Shown in pieces: positions 5,274 through 7,116 of a DNA stretch of 7,116 nt. Numbering within the stretch: position 1 is the first letter of the stretch; each line of letters opens with the position of its first letter. The translations under genes and the position numbers were made by a program. The DNA is from Prasinococcaceae sp. CCMP 1430 (Eukaryota; Plantae; Prasinodermophyta). The notes beneath the pieces were generated by a model. It was not told the origin of the DNA and made no database searches. It was given only the letters and a program-made list of their open reading frames with translations. Location: contig RQSC01000824.1 in NCBI GenBank assembly GCA_013416795.1, positions 88,915-96,030 of the forward strand, read 5' to 3'.

Positions 5274-7116
5274 TCACGGCGCGCGCACGCGCTCGGCGCG
5301 AGTGTGTTCCATCGCTCGGAAAGAGCGCCAGCGCGCTGTCGATAGCTCGCTCTCGCCGTGCGACGCGGCGAGCAGCTTCGCGGTCACCAGCCAGCCATGT
5401 AGCTCCTCCTGGCGCAAGCCGGCGTCTGCTTTGCGCGCGGCGACCATATCAGCCTCGATGGCTGCCCCAGCGTCAGCCCCGATGTCGACCAACGCCGCGC
5501 GCTGCGTGGCCGCCGCGAGGTACGCGCGAGCGGCGTCCAGCCCTCCAACACCCGCGGTGATCGCGCCCACCGCGGCATTGGCAGCTTCGAGGACGTCGGC
5601 CTCACCCCCAGCGCCAGTGAAGTTCGTCGGCCGCACGGGAACAGAGGCGGCTGCCGGTACGAGCGACTTGCCGTCTGACACTATGAGCATCTTGAGGTTG
5701 GTGTGCACAGGCAGCTTGTGAAACTCGAAGTCGTACTCGAGCGCCTGCTCCTCGGCGACTGCCTTGAGTGCCTCGAGGTTGGACACGCCAACAGGGCCCA
5801 GCTTCCCAGAGACTAGCCTCGTCTCGTCGACGAGGAGCAGCGTCTCCTCTGCGAGCTGCAGCGGGCCACCAACCAGGCAGTCCGCAGCGTAGTCCTTGCG
5901 CGGCACGGCTGGGGCCGCGTTGAGCGACTCCACCGTCAGCTCGAAAGGTGCCACGCGCGGGAGAAGCACGCGCGCAACCGCCAGCAGCGCGTCGGCAACA
6001 CGCTGGGCGGGCGCGGCTTTCGCATTGATGTTGACCGCGAGGTGGCCGAGCGGGATGGGGTTGCGCGTGTTCACGCTCGCGAGCATGGCGAGGAGCGCGT
6101 ACTCAGCAGCGAGCGTGTCGTTCGCCAGTGCCGCCGCAAGCGCGCCGACGACGCGCCCGCGCAGCGCAGGAGCGGCGCCAGCAGCGGCCGCCTCGGCGGC
6201 GAGAGCAGCGTTCGCGCGCGACAGCGTGGCGGTGGCCTCATCCGCAGCTCCACCCATGCGGCGCATGATGATGCCATGCAGACGCGGCACCTGCGAGTGC
6301 GGCGGGTTGTGCGCTGCATCGAGGCCCGCGTTGAAAGGGTCGCGCGCATCGGCCTCATCGGACAGCGCCGTCTGTACCTCGGGCGTGCGCACGAGCACAC
6401 CCACCACCTCGACTGCCTCGTTCAAGCGCATGTCGTCAGCCTCACCATACGCCTTAATGATGACACGCGAGATCACCGACGCGTCGACACCCGCCGCGCT
6501 CGCTGCGTCCCCGGCGAGCCTGCCGACGCAGCTGGCAGCCTCGCCGCCACCGCCTGCGGCCGCGCGGCCACGCTTGGGGATCGCACCGCCGCCGTCAATA
6601 GCAGCAGGACCATCCCCCGCGATGCAATCGTCAGCATCGTCCATAGCATCTCCTTCACCGTCGTCGTCGCGCCCGCGCTTGGTTGCCGAGCCGGGGGGAG
6701 GCAACGACACCTGCTGCTGCTGCTGCTGCGCGGGCGACTCCTCCCACCGGGCCCAATCCGCCTCGCCGGGAATGGGCACTGCAACGAACGGCCGGCGCTC
6801 CCAGATGTGGTGGCGCGCATCGTCGGCAATCGGAGGCGTGTAGCCGGCGAGCGGTGCCTCCATGAGCGCGAGCGAGTGCCACTCGTCGCCGGGCTGCGTC
6901 CCACTACCGCCGTTGGAGTATGCGCCCACGAAGTACTCGGGGTTGAACACGTCCTGCACGAGCCCGCGGAAGCGCACGAGCGCGCCATTCGGGAGCGTCG
7001 CCGCAGCCGCCTGCGTGAGGAGCGGCACCGTTCCCTCTGCGAGCGCCGCCTCTGCGGCCGCGCGCGCCGCCGCGGAGCCTTCGTCAGGTGGGTGTTGGTC
7101 GACGTCGACGTGCGTT
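5274..7116 (-). CDS. MCMBP: Mini-chromosome maintenance complex-binding protein (MCM-BP / ETG1), 5'-partial
   Basis: Family-typical motifs: VPLL..LVRFRGLVQDVFNPEYFVGAY, RRPFVAVPIPGE..W, IIKAY..LNEAVEVVGVL, VPRLHGI, NDTLAAEYALLAML, GPLQLAEETLLLVDET, YDFEFH, GKSLVP, RAYL, and C-terminal LHGWLVTAKLLAASHG..W..ME..R. Translating upstream of the track's GTG at 7028 by hand, the frame is open with no stop or ATG up to 7115 (THVDVDQHPPDEGSAAARAAAEAALAEGT), so the start is outside the window or in an upstream exon. Stop TGA at 5276-5274. Confidence 0.93.
   Translation of the reverse strand, partial: THVDVDQHPPDEGSAAARAAAEAALAEGTVPLLTQAAAATLPNGALVRFRGLVQDVFNPEYFVGAYSNGGSGTQPGDEWHSLALMEAPLAGYTPPIADDARHHIWERRPFVAVPIPGEADWARWEESPAQQQQQQVSLPPPGSATKRGRDDDGEGDAMDDADDCIAGDGPAAIDGGGAIPKRGRAAAGGGGEAASCVGRLAGDAASAAGVDASVISRVIIKAYGEADDMRLNEAVEVVGVLVRTPEVQTALSDEADARDPFNAGLDAAHNPPHSQVPRLHGIIMRRMGGAADEATATLSRANAALAAEAAAAGAAPALRGRVVGALAAALANDTLAAEYALLAMLASVNTRNPIPLGHLAVNINAKAAPAQRVADALLAVARVLLPRVAPFELTVESLNAAPAVPRKDYAADCLVGGPLQLAEETLLLVDETRLVSGKLGPVGVSNLEALKAVAEEQALEYDFEFHKLPVHTNLKMLIVSDGKSLVPAAASVPVRPTNFTGAGGEADVLEAANAAVGAITAGVGGLDAARAYLAAATQRAALVDIGADAGAAIEADMVAARKADAGLRQEELHGWLVTAKLLAASHGESELSTARWRSFRAMEHTRAERVRAP
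6711..6728 (-). repeat. (CAG)6 polyglutamine tract inside the MCMBP CDS
   Basis: (CTG)6 on the + strand, translated as QQQQQQ in ESPAQQQQQQVSLPPP. Confidence 0.9.

Noticed and set aside
5896-6843. 315-aa + strand ORF and other ORFs antisense to MCMBP (also 5197..5721, 5192..5560)
   Set aside because: Ala/Ser/Arg-rich mirror translations of a well-supported gene with strong codon bias.
504-7116. The three genes as a functional cluster or new system
   Set aside because: A secretory-pathway glycosyltransferase, a lipid/dual-specificity phosphatase and a nuclear replication factor share no pathway I can name; adjacency in a compact eukaryotic genome is not evidence of linkage.
1-7116. Prokaryotic, viral or transposon origin of the window
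   Set aside because: Spliceosomal introns with branch points and the eukaryote-specific MCMBP gene are present; no transposase, integrase, terminal repeats or target-site duplications were seen.

Overview
Very GC-rich (about 70% by eye, not computed), gene-dense eukaryotic DNA, most likely from a microalga or other protist; the lineage cannot be fixed from this window. Three protein-coding genes are supportable. (1) A long, apparently intronless + strand ORF (504..3389, start uncertain) encodes a type II membrane protein with a divergent GT23/FUT8-like (alpha-1,6-fucosyltransferase-like) catalytic domain. (2) A spliced + strand gene (3863..4954, three exons, two ~100-nt introns) encodes a PTPMT1/plant DSP8-type phosphatase (HCKAGRGRST). 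(3) A - strand MCM-complex binding protein gene (MCMBP/ETG1; stop at 5274) stays open to the window end, so its start lies outside. Intergenic DNA holds G-tract clusters, a palindrome cluster and a compound (AC)n microsatellite between the convergent 3' ends. I see no mobile element, RNA gene, CRISPR array or functionally linked cluster, and no convincing new multi-gene system. The best leads are the altered donor-binding motifs of the GT23 protein and the unresolved splicing of the phosphatase gene (acidic insert, possible GC donor, possible upstream exon, stop codon inside a donor consensus).
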